Source: a virus
Direction: 5' to 3' (one strand)
DNA length: 64,000 bases
IMG/VR virus record: IMGVR_UViG_3300034524_000084
Span: 33,781-97,780 of that record
The notes under the pieces are model-generated. The model was not told the DNA's origin. It saw nothing but the letters and a program-made list of their open reading frames with translations, and ran no database searches. The translations under genes were made by a program, and so were the position numbers. Positions 49,663-60,246 of this stretch are shown piece after piece. Within the stretch, counting starts at the first letter, position 1. Every line of letters starts with the position of its first letter.

Positions 49663-50196
49663 TTAGAGAGCATGAACAACTTCAAGTTCATAAGCAGTTA
49701 TTTTATTACCAGCAACGGAAATTGTGGTTTGTGCTACAACCTTAAAAGCAACTACAGAAAGTGGAGCACCAGTAGTTGAATCAGTTATACTAGCTGCTGG
49801 AGCAAGTAAATATGAACCATTCGCTGGAAGAGCATACTGTCCAACAGTTGGCGCAGCACTAAATCCATTAGCAGTAATAGTAAACCTATCTCCAACTTTC
49901 AATTTCCTTGCTCTTGCAGGTCTGTTAGCAGGATTGTAAAATAATGTAGGATCATCAATATCAAGTCTAAATCCATTAACCTCTACCAAAACTGGTGATT
50001 CAACCAACAATACCTCTTGTGTGGCTACATCTGTTGGAGCAGAACAAGCATAAATTTCGGGTTGACCTGGTATCCTATCACCAAGTACAACCATACTTCC
50101 ATTATCCATATCAACAGTATTTTGCACAGATACTACATAGCTATCTACATTCGTAGAAGCCATTTTACCAATTTTAACAACTACATGATTTCCCAT
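49663..50196 (-). CDS. capsid decoration/cement protein (putative)
   Basis: DNG..V.LG, PARAR..VGD.F; between scaffold and capsid. Confidence 0.6.
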   Translation of the reverse strand: MGNHVVVKIGKMASTNVDSYVVSVQNTVDMDNGSMVVLGDRIPGQPEIYACSAPTDVATQEVLLVESPVLVEVNGFRLDIDDPTLFYNPANRPARARKLKVGDRFTITANGFSAAPTVGQYALPANGSYLLAPAASITDSTTGAPLSVVAFKVVAQTTISVAGNKITAYELEVVHAL

Positions 50197-50224
50197 AGAA
50201 ATACTCCTCCTTATAATTATTATT

Positions 50225-52021
50225 TTAGTTTATATTTTTTTCGAGCCTTTCCCATATATTGGGAGACTCGTTATGAACATTATCATCATCATTATTTGGA
50301 TTCATTTTAATAAACGACAAACCATTTTTGTGGTATGTAATCATTTTTTCACCAACAAAAGCTTTCACATCTTTTTCAAATTCCTCAAATTTATCATAAT
50401 TATCAGCTTTAGCAATAAATAATTGTATTTCATCATTTGATAATATATCATCAAGAGAACTTAATAATGAGTCTACTTTAGCCTTATATTCTTTCTTTTC
50501 AACCTCTTTTTTGAAGGCTAATAATTCATCTAATTGAACATTTTTATCTTTCAATTCTTCTTCCAATTTTGAATATTTTTCATGTAATTCTTTATTTTGA
50601 TCAGATATTGCTTTTATTTTTTGTGTAAAATTCTTATTATTTTGTCTTGTGAATTCACTAATAATATCTTTACTCCCATCTTCCCAATCAACTGGAACAA
50701 ATTTAACTCTTGTTATATTTTCAAAATCAAGTACAGGATTGTCACCTTGCATTGTATAAGGTATCTTTACATAAAATTCATTCACACAATCCCAAGCATA
50801 TACAAACTTATCATCATAATCTACTAAATAGTAGCATGGGAATTCTTCTTTCCAAATTTCATCTAAATATTTTATGTTTTCCAATTGTCTTTCTAATTCT
50901 TCTTCTAATTGTTCTTGTGTGAGTGAAAAATCAACTTGAATATCTACCACTTTATCTTCATTTTTTTGTTCATCATCATTATCATCAGAAATATCACTTA
51001 TATCATCCATAGTAAAATTAGAAGTATCAAGCCCAAGAGTCTCATAATATTTCTTCAATTTTCTCTTTGCTTCATCATAATAAGAAGCATCAGTATTTTT
51101 CTCTAAAAATGACAATGCAGCCTGACATCCATTTGCAGATAAAACCAATTTACCACCTTTTATCATGCAAACAGGATATTTAAGATTCTCTGATGGAGCA
51201 TCTTCCCACCCATCAAGAACTACCAAATAAGCAGCTTTTACTAACTCTTTGTAATTTTTTGCTTTCAAAATATCATTACGTAATTTTGTTTTGTCAACAT
51301 CACCCCAAGGAGTATCGTAATCCGCTGCATCTTTTGATAAGTCAATTTCTATAGGGTCACCAGTACCCCATTCATCTTTCTCAATAAAATTCATTGATTT
51401 ATCCTCCTTCCTAAAAAACCTCTTAAATTCTTGAAGCATTTTAGCGACTCTTTGGCTAAATACTTCAGCATGAGCATTAATCATACCACTCTCTACATTT
51501 TGTCCTAATAAAGTAATACCAGTATAAGAATACTCTAAAATATTCTCAATGCCTGTTTTTTTATTATATTTAGATTCATATACTAAAATTTCCATAGAAA
51601 TTTTAGCGCCTTTATTTTTTGTCAATATATCCACAGCATCTTGCGCATAAACCTTCCATATATATGCATCAACAACAACATAAGTTCTACCATCGATTTT
51701 TTCATAATGATAATTATTATCTTCAGGAACAATACCTACAGGTTGCTCTAAGTATTTAACCCCATTATCATCAATTATAATTTCATGTTCTGTAAAATCT
51801 TTATTACCATCTTCGTCATATTTGATATATGCGAGAATAGGAATATTAGCTATAGTATCTTTTGCTTTTTCTATTGCATCCATATCAAACTTTGATTTAT
51901 TAAGATTTATGCCATCATGCATTACATATAACTTTAATTTTAAAAATCTATCATCCTCAAAAGTATCATCTACAAAATATTTTATTGGTAAATTTAAATA
52001 ACGATTTGGCACATAAAACAC
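50225..52021 (-). CDS. prohead protease/scaffold
   Basis: H.G.NLN.S, PIL, AYIWK, ISMEI N-terminal domain; acidic coiled-coil C-terminus. Confidence 0.7.
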   Translation of the reverse strand: MFYVPNRYLNLPIKYFVDDTFEDDRFLKLKLYVMHDGINLNKSKFDMDAIEKAKDTIANIPILAYIKYDEDGNKDFTEHEIIIDDNGVKYLEQPVGIVPEDNNYHYEKIDGRTYVVVDAYIWKVYAQDAVDILTKNKGAKISMEILVYESKYNKKTGIENILEYSYTGITLLGQNVESGMINAHAEVFSQRVAKMLQEFKRFFRKEDKSMNFIEKDEWGTGDPIEIDLSKDAADYDTPWGDVDKTKLRNDILKAKNYKELVKAAYLVVLDGWEDAPSENLKYPVCMIKGGKLVLSANGCQAALSFLEKNTDASYYDEAKRKLKKYYETLGLDTSNFTMDDISDISDDNDDEQKNEDKVVDIQVDFSLTQEQLEEELERQLENIKYLDEIWKEEFPCYYLVDYDDKFVYAWDCVNEFYVKIPYTMQGDNPVLDFENITRVKFVPVDWEDGSKDIISEFTRQNNKNFTQKIKAISDQNKELHEKYSKLEEELKDKNVQLDELLAFKKEVEKKEYKAKVDSLLSSLDDILSNDEIQLFIAKADNYDKFEEFEKDVKAFVGEKMITYHKNGLSFIKMNPNNDDDNVHNESPNIWERLEKNIN

Positions 52022-52028
52022 CTCACTT

Positions 52029-52226
52029 TCAGAAGAACATCTTGTTTGTTATTACGATTGCTGCTTTATTGAATGGCACATCCAATACAATATTTTTATC
52101 ATATTTAAATATCCAACACTTTTTACCAGATATTACTTTTTCATTTAATAAAATTAGCTTTTTATCAATTAAATAAGCCGCAACTTCAGGATCAAAACAA
52201 TATACGTATTTTGGCATATTAACCAC
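52029..52226 (-). CDS. hypothetical protein
   Basis: 65 aa ORF. Confidence 0.55.
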   Translation of the reverse strand: MVNMPKYVYCFDPEVAAYLIDKKLILLNEKVISGKKCWIFKYDKNIVLDVPFNKAAIVITNKMFF

Positions 52227-52228
52227 CT

Positions 52229-53791
52229 TTACACATTTTCATTACTACCAACATCACGGGTTTCTTCACCTTTATCACTTAATTCTGATTGTGATTTTGA
52301 AGGTCTACCGCTGTTATCATTTGGCGACTTTTGATAAGAAGACGACAATGGTTCCAACATATCAACAATACCAACAGCATTTTCAAACAACGAAAGATTA
52401 ATTAATTCTCTTTGAGTCTTACCCATAGCAGCAGCTACCCAAATTTTTGGAAAACCATATTGTGCTGCTTTAAGTGCATTATTAATTCTATCTTGTCGAT
52501 CAAATTCAGTACCCTCTAAATGTATTACAAATTTGAATTGACCTGAAATTTTCTCAATTTGATAATTTAAAAAATCTTCAAACTGAGTATATATATGCTT
52601 TACAAACATATAATCAACATCTTGATTGTTTTTCACTAAAGACACTGTAGCTCTATCTAAACCTAAATTAGTACCAGCACTATCCCAAAATCTACTATTG
52701 CCTTGCTCATAAATTGTTTTACTACTCTGCGATTTATTAAAATCCATAGCTTCAGACTGCTCAAATGGAGTAGTAATAGCTTTAACACCTTCTGGAAGTC
52801 CTGCCTGCATATACGCATTAAAATACTTAGCTGTATCTGCCGTAATAGCAAAAGCATCGATAGAATTAACACTTTTTCCTTCTTTTAATGGAATTTTATT
52901 GTTTACAATTTTATAAGTTCTTACTTTTGCATCAACTCTATCTAATTCACGGTATTCTAATAAATCAAGCGCCTCAAGAAAAAGCGGTATCAATGGGGGG
53001 ACAATACCAGCCATTTCATTATGAAATTTAAATACCCATGCTTTATCTGGAGGTAACTGTTGCCAATAAAAATATCTCCCATTATGATACCCAGCTCGTA
53101 CACCAGCTTGTTTATCATCAATAATTCTATCTTTATTGCTCATGAATGATTCATAATATACGCTAAACTCGGGCGCAAAATTTTCTAATAAAACACCTGG
53201 TTGTAGGAAATATGTCATATTAAATGAGTATTTCCAACCATGTTCGCTTTTGTAGTCTATCATACAATAATTGGACGGCATTTCTTGCAATACAATCCTA
53301 TCATCAAGTTCCCTCACATAATAAAACTTAGCATCCTCACGCATCATTTGGCGTGTAACTTCTGGAAAAGTTTGTTTAATATTAAATTTTTCTACCCAAT
53401 CTAAAACACGTCGATAAGCTTTCCAAAAAGCACTATTTTTCAAATCCTCAGGACTATTAATAATAGGTTCAACATACCAATCAAATGATAATAAACCTCC
53501 AAAATAATAAATCAACCTTTTGAATTGTAAAATATTATTCTCTATAAATTGTGCTAATTCTTTTAAAGCACGCTCATTAGCTTTGGGGTTTTGCAATAAT
53601 TCAATAATTTTTCCCCTATCAAATTTTTGAGGGTACATATTAATATTTTTCAATATTTCATTCTGCAAAATAGGGTTCATATAATAAGCCATTATACTTG
53701 CATTAATATCACGTGCAAATTCTAAAAAATAGTTGGTCGATGTTTCATTCGTAGTAGCAGTGGTATTTTTTTGATTTTTTCTTTTTGGCAC
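52229..53791 (-). CDS. portal protein
   Basis: 520 aa immediately after terL; C-terminal GRP motif. Confidence 0.75.
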   Translation of the reverse strand: MPKRKNQKNTTATTNETSTNYFLEFARDINASIMAYYMNPILQNEILKNINMYPQKFDRGKIIELLQNPKANERALKELAQFIENNILQFKRLIYYFGGLLSFDWYVEPIINSPEDLKNSAFWKAYRRVLDWVEKFNIKQTFPEVTRQMMREDAKFYYVRELDDRIVLQEMPSNYCMIDYKSEHGWKYSFNMTYFLQPGVLLENFAPEFSVYYESFMSNKDRIIDDKQAGVRAGYHNGRYFYWQQLPPDKAWVFKFHNEMAGIVPPLIPLFLEALDLLEYRELDRVDAKVRTYKIVNNKIPLKEGKSVNSIDAFAITADTAKYFNAYMQAGLPEGVKAITTPFEQSEAMDFNKSQSSKTIYEQGNSRFWDSAGTNLGLDRATVSLVKNNQDVDYMFVKHIYTQFEDFLNYQIEKISGQFKFVIHLEGTEFDRQDRINNALKAAQYGFPKIWVAAAMGKTQRELINLSLFENAVGIVDMLEPLSSSYQKSPNDNSGRPSKSQSELSDKGEETRDVGSNENV

Positions 53792-53809
53792 TTTTTCACC
53801 TTCTTTCTG

Positions 53810-56800
53810 CTAAACAATCAAATACTCCAACATACCTTTTAACATATTTTCGTAATCATCTTGATACAAATTATGTTTGTTATTTACTTCCAACTCGTTC
53901 ACATATGCTAATCCATATCCCAAGCTTGTAGCTCTATCTCTCTTCATTGTCTTTACCAATCTATCATAAATAATATTTCCAGAACCACTTATTGTCTGTG
54001 TAATATTTGCCAACTCTTCTATAAGTAAGTCAGTTTCAATAAACACAGCATATTCTTCAGGAGTAAGATTGTTTTCTTTAAACTGACTATCAACTTCTGT
54101 AGAAGGTATAAGCAATCTTACGGAACCATCTTCAAAACAAGATTTCATATAAGTATACATAGTATTATTAAAACTATTAGTAGCTGCTATTCCTCTTATC
54201 AACGGAATAGCACCTTTCAATTTTTTACCTTCTTCATCATCATCTAACACAAGGGGAGGGAACTCAATTACTTTTTTTGTTTTGGGATCTACATATTCCC
54301 ACGTCTCATAAAATAAATAAGGTAACCCTTCACCGTTGCCTCTCATATCTATTACTAATTTTTCAGTATTAGGGAATTTAATATGAACAAGCTCTCTTAA
54401 AAAATCTCTCTGCTCTTGTAAAGTAACCCCGTTATGTGTTTTTATGTACACCACTTCTTTGAAATAAGTACCGTTAGGACGAGGTTTTAACTTAATAACT
54501 GTTGTACATGCATTATCACTATCTTTTGCATTAGAAAGTGCAACGTCATGAACAACTATATATGAAGATGATGATTTCGAAGGTTGTTCTAACTCACATT
54601 TTTCAAGTTTCCTACATTTTTCAGTTAACTCATAAGGATAATATGATTCACTACTTGAACCAACAAAAACTCCTTCATCGATTTGTTACCCTATCGGCTT
54701 TTTATCCGATAGCTCTTGCACTTTACCATCGTGCAAGTCCAGCATACATCTTCACCCTCGACTTGTAAAATTTGCATCTTTAAATTTAATAGGCTTATCA
54801 ATTTTGTAAAGCATAGATGGAATTTGCTCTAAATATGGTTTGACAATGGAAATAAGTTTTTCTTTGCTTTCTATTGATGAAATTGCTAATCTTGGTTTTC
54901 CTCTGTCTCTTTGCACATTTGCTTTAATATTAAACTTATCCAATAAGTGTCTTGATAGATATTCAACTTCATCAAAAGAGAAATTATTAGTAGCAATCAT
55001 AAATGCTTCTATATATCCTGTTTCAGAAATTAAGCCCTTATCTTTTTTCTTTACTTTACAAGAACCATCATCCATAAATAGTATAGCTAATGATAGCTCA
55101 TCAAAATGGTCAACAAAAATTTTTGGCAATAATTTAACTTTATTTTTGTAAAACAGGTTGTATATACTGGTCAATTCATCTGAAACACCAGATGATGCTA
55201 CTAAAGCTGGATACGTTTTGCCTTTTTGATTGTGAATAACCTTTCTTATTTTCATTTCAAATCCGTATTCTTTTAATAAAGAGCATTTCCATTTTAAATA
55301 TTCTTCTTGCTTTAATGAATGTCCTATTTCTAATTGTGGAGTTTTTCCTGCCTTTTGAATTCTTAAATGTCCATCTCCAATTAAAATAGAGCCAATTAAA
55401 ACATCTTTCTTCGACAATGTTTTCATCGTCTACTACACCTCTTTCATTTTTTATAGATGCAAATTTTACTTTACGTTAGGGTGCTCGGCACTCGTGGGGG
55501 CATTATCGGGCGACACCGCATTCTCATTTTTTAAGTACAGTGTACTCCCCTAACCCTCAGCCCCTATGCGTTACGAGGGCAGGTGGTGTTCCTGCTTCTC
55601 ACGGTGTTACCCTATGTCTGACGTTTGCCAGTTGGAGGGCTTCACCGTTAGCTATTAACTTGCGTATTCTAATAATTTAATCATTTTTTCTTTTTTTCTG
55701 TGTAAAAAATCAGAATGAGTATATAAAATCTTTTCTACAAATTTTTTTATAGAATCCTTCCTTTCAATTGAAAGTATATAATAATTTCCCGTATGTGTAA
55801 CATATGTAATAATAGCATTATCAATCAAAACAGATTGCAAAAAATATACGAAAGATGAGCTAGCAGAAATCAATGTAATTTTTTTGGTTTTTTCGGTAAA
55901 CACGTAACTACCGTCACCATCAAAAATTCCTTTTATAAAATCAAATAAAAAATCCTCAGATATATTGGGAAATCGTAAATTATAAGTTTTCCTGCTTGTA
56001 CAACCATGCCTAATTAAATGCTTTACAAATATTTCACTTGTTATATCTAACTCCACATATGAATCTCTCTCATATATTGGATATGTAGAACGCAATTCTT
56101 TGCTAAACATTTCTAAAATTTCTTTGTCTTTTTTATGTACTCTTAATCTATACTGATTTCCTGAAATATTCCCATCCGTAAATGCCCAACCAAGATAATA
56201 AGCTTTATTTGGAGTATCAATATTTTTAAAATATTCAAAATCACAATAATATTTCCTTGTAAAATCTCTATTTTTAACCTCTTTTTTAAGCCCCAATTTA
56301 TTAGCCTTTAACATAATAGCATTCATACTTCTGTTTGGTAATAACTTTAATAAATCATATATATCAGTTTTTTCATAATATTGCTTAAGTATTAATAATT
56401 CTTCAAACTCCCATTTTTTATTTTCTGTTGTTAAACCCAACTCTTTCGCTTTTCTTGTAATAGTTCTTTCCGATTTTTGTAATTCATGTGCTAATTCTGT
56501 TAACGTCTTATAGCCATAATTATTTTTCAAATAAGCTATTTCATTATCGTTCCACAAAAAATAACACCTCTTTCAGAATACGCAAGTTAATAACCCCACC
56601 AAAGGTGGATTGCCGAGTTTGCACCACACAGTTTCCTGTGTGGGGAGCAAAAATTTACTCATACATAAATTTATCCGTCGTCATTGAAGGCTTTTCTTTT
56701 TCTTTAAGTATATCTTCCTCATAAAAAATACCAGCATCTACGCCAGCCCTATAGCTTAGTGAAGCAACAAAATAATCCTCAGAACCACTTTTCATCGTTT

Positions 56801-57999
56801 TGTAGTGATATACAAATCTCTTATATAAATCACAACTCTTTAAATAAGCAGATGAAATAAAAATAACTTTACCTTTTTCAGGAGGAAGTTTAACATCTGG
56901 ATGATCTTTTTCATAATCAAGAAGTATAGATCTTCTTGTTTTTGTCATCGGTATTAATATTTCTTCAATTACACTATCTTTAACTAATCTTGCCTCATCT
57001 ATCAAGATATAATTAAATCTCCAGCTTCTTGCACTATCACCAGACTGATTATTACCTAAGGTAATAGCCCTAATTTCAGAACCATTCCAAAAATTTACCA
57101 CGCAGTCATCTTGACTAATCTTAATAGGAAACTGTATCTCTCTCGCAATATTTTCATTTTTAGCTAATTCACCTTTTATCTTTTGAATAATTACGTTTCT
57201 CGCTTGCTGACCTTTACCACTTGCTATACCAAGCTTAATACCAGGATACAAAATTGCAGTAGCCACGAAGAAAAGGGCACTTATCCATGACTTCAATTTT
57301 GTTACCCTACAGGCTTTTTATCCTGTAGCTCTTACGGTTCATTTCCCGTAAGTTCAGCATAAATTTTCACCCTCATCGATAAGGTGCCCCTTATCATGTT
57401 AGGGTGTCCCCGCCTCGTGGAGGGATTATATTCTTTGGATATAGAGTCCAAAGGTTCACCCTCTATGCGTTGCCCCTGGCTATACTATTACATATAGCCT
57501 TCAGGTCGGGTTAGCATCTCAGCCTTCCCGCTTTTTTCGGGGATAATACTCCTAAGTATTTCTACTTAGGACGGCAGTCCTTTTGCTCTTGGTTAGGATT
57601 TCTTTACAAACACGAAATTCTTTGGCTTCTTCAAAACTTTTAAAATGTTTGCTCTTTCTCTTTCTGCCTTCTACAAACGTAACAACCCATTTTTTATTTG
57701 ATTACATTTGAGGCAAAATCAACTTGACTACCAATACCCCTGCTACATATCAGCATACTATTTTGATACCTTGCCATAGCTCTCAACATAAGACGCTGAA
57801 AAGGATAAAGTTTAACACCTAAAATATCAATTACAAACTCATCAATATAATATCTGTAATAACTCAAAAACTTAGCCCACTCATCATAATCAATAGGTTG
57901 TGGCTTTATAGGATCATAACTATACGGGCTATTAAAATTTTCATAAGCTCCTTCTTTTATCTTGCGACTTTTTTGACTAAAATTTTTATATGAAGCCAT
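53810..57999 (-). CDS. terL: terminase large subunit; exons 57999-57730, 57293-56657, 54678-53810 (591 aa spliced)
   Basis: Splicing restores Walker A SRGIG|KSW and FMYE|YEGVF; ILIDEAR Walker B; nuclease HDVA, IDMRG, KRDRATS. Confidence 0.9.
54752..55426 (-). CDS. LAGLIDADG_2 homing endonuclease
   Basis: GSILIGDG and LAILFMDDG. Confidence 0.88.
   Translation of the reverse strand: MKTLSKKDVLIGSILIGDGHLRIQKAGKTPQLEIGHSLKQEEYLKWKCSLLKEYGFEMKIRKVIHNQKGKTYPALVASSGVSDELTSIYNLFYKNKVKLLPKIFVDHFDELSLAILFMDDGSCKVKKKDKGLISETGYIEAFMIATNNFSFDEVEYLSRHLLDKFNIKANVQRDRGKPRLAISSIESKEKLISIVKPYLEQIPSMLYKIDKPIKFKDANFTSRG
55655..56557 (-). CDS. LAGLIDADG homing endonuclease with N-terminal HTH-like repeats
   Basis: Two W...E...LK..Y repeats; KAYYLGWAFTDG; FIKGIFDGDG. 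Confidence 0.88.
   Translation of the reverse strand: MWNDNEIAYLKNNYGYKTLTELAHELQKSERTITRKAKELGLTTENKKWEFEELLILKQYYEKTDIYDLLKLLPNRSMNAIMLKANKLGLKKEVKNRDFTRKYYCDFEYFKNIDTPNKAYYLGWAFTDGNISGNQYRLRVHKKDKEILEMFSKELRSTYPIYERDSYVELDITSEIFVKHLIRHGCTSRKTYNLRFPNISEDFLFDFIKGIFDGDGSYVFTEKTKKITLISASSSFVYFLQSVLIDNAIITYVTHTGNYYILSIERKDSIKKFVEKILYTHSDFLHRKKEKMIKLLEYAS
57294..57729 (-). mobile_element. group I intron 1 of terL (436 nt)
   Basis: Inserted in Walker A after GGT; core homologous to intron 2; ends in G. Confidence 0.85.
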
Positions 58000-58014
58000 T
58001 TTTATCACCACACT

Positions 58015-58770
58015 TTATAAGGAGCGCTCAATGTTAGCATAATAGTCCAATATTTTATCTATATCGTCTTTTTCAAGAGGAATATGACGTGGTATCCATT
58101 GATGTCTTTCCACCATTTCAAATATTTTACCAAAATTACCTAAACCAACATCATTTTGACTTCTCGTATTTTCTGCAAACTGCGCTGACTTTGATAAACT
58201 ATCAAATATTTCTTGTAATGCTTTATATCTTTTGTCTGCACCAGGTTTGCCATCAAGCATTTCTTGATATGCTTTATTAACTGCTAAGCTTGCCTGTGCT
58301 ATTTTTTTAGCATAATCAATATGATTTGTAGTCCTTATATTAAAATCTTTTTCTAATCCAGCTAAATAATTATCAAGATAATCAATTTCACTTTGAGTAT
58401 AATAGCCATGCCATTTTTTACTGTACATTTTCTTTTCATTATCAGGAGGAGGTGTCTCTTCTTCAAAAATGCTATCTTTCCATGTCATATCTTCATATTG
58501 TTTTAATGAATGAATTTCTCTAAGATAAGCACCTATAGGCTTAGGTTTATCTTTTTGCCTTTCCCACACAGTATATATAAAAGGCACATCCAATTGCCTT
58601 AAAATACTATATACTGACTCCATATCCGATGGGTCTACTTTATTATTTATGCAATCTTTACAAATAGGAGCATAACCATCATGTAAAGGACTTTTAGATT
58701 TATAAAAATTATTTAAAGCTAATTTCCTGCCACATAAAGAACAAATCTTAGTTCTATCCTTTTCGACCAT
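58015..58770 (-). CDS. putative terminase small subunit (zinc finger)
   Basis: CSLC...CKDC; immediately upstream of terL. Confidence 0.6.
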   Translation of the reverse strand: MVEKDRTKICSLCGRKLALNNFYKSKSPLHDGYAPICKDCINNKVDPSDMESVYSILRQLDVPFIYTVWERQKDKPKPIGAYLREIHSLKQYEDMTWKDSIFEEETPPPDNEKKMYSKKWHGYYTQSEIDYLDNYLAGLEKDFNIRTTNHIDYAKKIAQASLAVNKAYQEMLDGKPGADKRYKALQEIFDSLSKSAQFAENTRSQNDVGLGNFGKIFEMVERHQWIPRHIPLEKDDIDKILDYYANIERSL

Positions 58771-58785
58771 TTCACCACCCTCTCA

Positions 58786-58904
58786 CCTCTGTTCCCTCCT
58801 TAATTATCTTCTTTAGGAAATCGACAACCACCACTTTGTTTTTCTTTACAAGGGATTGCCGAGAGTGGTGGACTCGGCTTAGGGTGCAGAGATACCCCGT
58901 GTTT
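58786..58904 (-). ncRNA. orphan tracrRNA-repeat fusion (natural sgRNA-like scaffold)
   Basis: 43/54 identity to 13001-13054, similarity continues to 13094, then 16/25 ungapped match to the CRISPR repeat; compensatory changes in paired regions. Confidence 0.75.
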
Positions 58905-58916
58905 GGCTATAAAAAT

Positions 58917-60104
58917 CTATGATAAATTAATCTTATAAGTAATTGTCCTTCCTTTGCCTTCTTCAAGAATAAATAATTTTGCCCCTGCATTACTTGATCT
59001 TTTTAAACGCATAGAAAAATCATCTAACCCAATTATAGAAGGAGATTGAATTACCTCAACTTCACCGTTATCACCAATCGCAATAGTTTTTTCATAATTA
59101 TGATGCAAATGCCCAGCTAACAAAATATCGATTTTTTGATTGTATAAAAGCATATAATCCTTTAACGACTTTTCTAAATCTTTTTCATCTTGCCCATGTA
59201 CAGCAAGAATATTTACTCCAACTGTATTAAAATACTGCACATAAGACTCTCCAATATGTATATCAACATTAGGATTGTTTGCTAATGCAGTCTTTAAATA
59301 CCATGATATAATACGTTCAGTGTTTTCGTGAGGAAACTCTCCCCGTTGAGAACCAAGTGGACGAATTTCATTATGATTACCTAAAACATTATAATAATCA
59401 ATTCTAACGTATTTACTTAACTCGTTTAACCAATTAACCATAAAATCAGAAAAACCTATCACTGATTCTACTACACCTAATTGCAAAGATTGCAATTGAC
59501 TCATCCTTAAAATCCCATCAATACTATCCGATAAATTCACAACATTAATATGATTCAAACCTTCTTTATTGATTATTTTTATAATTTCACCTAATAAATC
59601 CCACATTCGTCGTTCAAATATTTCAACGTTGTAAATATTTAAAACCTCACCTTTAAGTCCTATAATATTAACTTCTTTACCATAATGACAATCTGCTATA
59701 GTTATAATTGCATCACATTTAGCCTGTTTATCTGGCTTAATATATTGAGGTATTTCCAAATTATATCTTTCTCTAATAGCCCTTTCTAACTTTTCATAAA
59801 ATAGCTCTATTCTTGCTTGCTCACGAAGCCATTTATTAATTTCATTTTTTTCTGTTTGTAATTTTTTTCTTTCTTTTTCAAGCTCTATTTTTTTCATCTC
59901 TATTTCTTGAAGCTTTTGCACCACATCTTCATTAACAACATCTTCTCGCTTAGGTAATAATCCATGTTTTTTGCGATAACGCTTAACAATCTGTCTTGCA
60001 TCTTCACCGCTAATACCAAACATTTTTCCAATATCAGACCATTTTAAATTATTTCTGCCTTCTATTTTGTCCAGACCTAATTTGATAAGTTCCTCCGTGT
60101 TCAT
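58917..60104 (-). CDS. calcineurin-like metallophosphoesterase
   Basis: DCHYG, D..DG, GNHNE, VHG, GHLH. Confidence 0.85.
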   Translation of the reverse strand: MNTEELIKLGLDKIEGRNNLKWSDIGKMFGISGEDARQIVKRYRKKHGLLPKREDVVNEDVVQKLQEIEMKKIELEKERKKLQTEKNEINKWLREQARIELFYEKLERAIRERYNLEIPQYIKPDKQAKCDAIITIADCHYGKEVNIIGLKGEVLNIYNVEIFERRMWDLLGEIIKIINKEGLNHINVVNLSDSIDGILRMSQLQSLQLGVVESVIGFSDFMVNWLNELSKYVRIDYYNVLGNHNEIRPLGSQRGEFPHENTERIISWYLKTALANNPNVDIHIGESYVQYFNTVGVNILAVHGQDEKDLEKSLKDYMLLYNQKIDILLAGHLHHNYEKTIAIGDNGEVEVIQSPSIIGLDDFSMRLKRSSNAGAKLFILEEGKGRTITYKINLS

Positions 60105-60246
60105 CGCTCACCTCACGAATCTTTTTCATTAAATTATCATCTAAAATTTCAGACCCACAATTATCACACCACAACACACCATCTTCATCTTGTGTCACAG
60201 TACAATAATCTTGGCAAAACACGCAGTAAGCTCTCACTACATTCAT
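60049..60246 (-). CDS. small zinc-ribbon protein
   Basis: CVFC...CDNC; ATG at 60246 after GGAGG. Confidence 0.55.
   Translation of the reverse strand: MNVVRAYCVFCQDYCTVTQDEDGVLWCDNCGSEILDDNLMKKIREVSDEHGGTYQIRSGQNRRQK

Larger units (their letters stand above)
54679..56656 (-). mobile_element. group I intron 2 of terL carrying two homing endonuclease genes
   Basis: P1 GAGT/GCTC with U-G; single core split across 55470-55655 and 54680-54740; terminal G at 54679. Confidence 0.85.

Noticed and set aside
53810-58011. Three separate terminase genes or a pseudogene
   Set aside because: Removing two introns gives one continuous 591-aa frame with intact motifs.
58786-58904. Self-cleaving ribozyme or simple terminator
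   Set aside because: No hammerhead/twister/pistol/HDV core recognised and no U-tract; homology to tracr plus repeat explains it better. An Rfam search is still needed.
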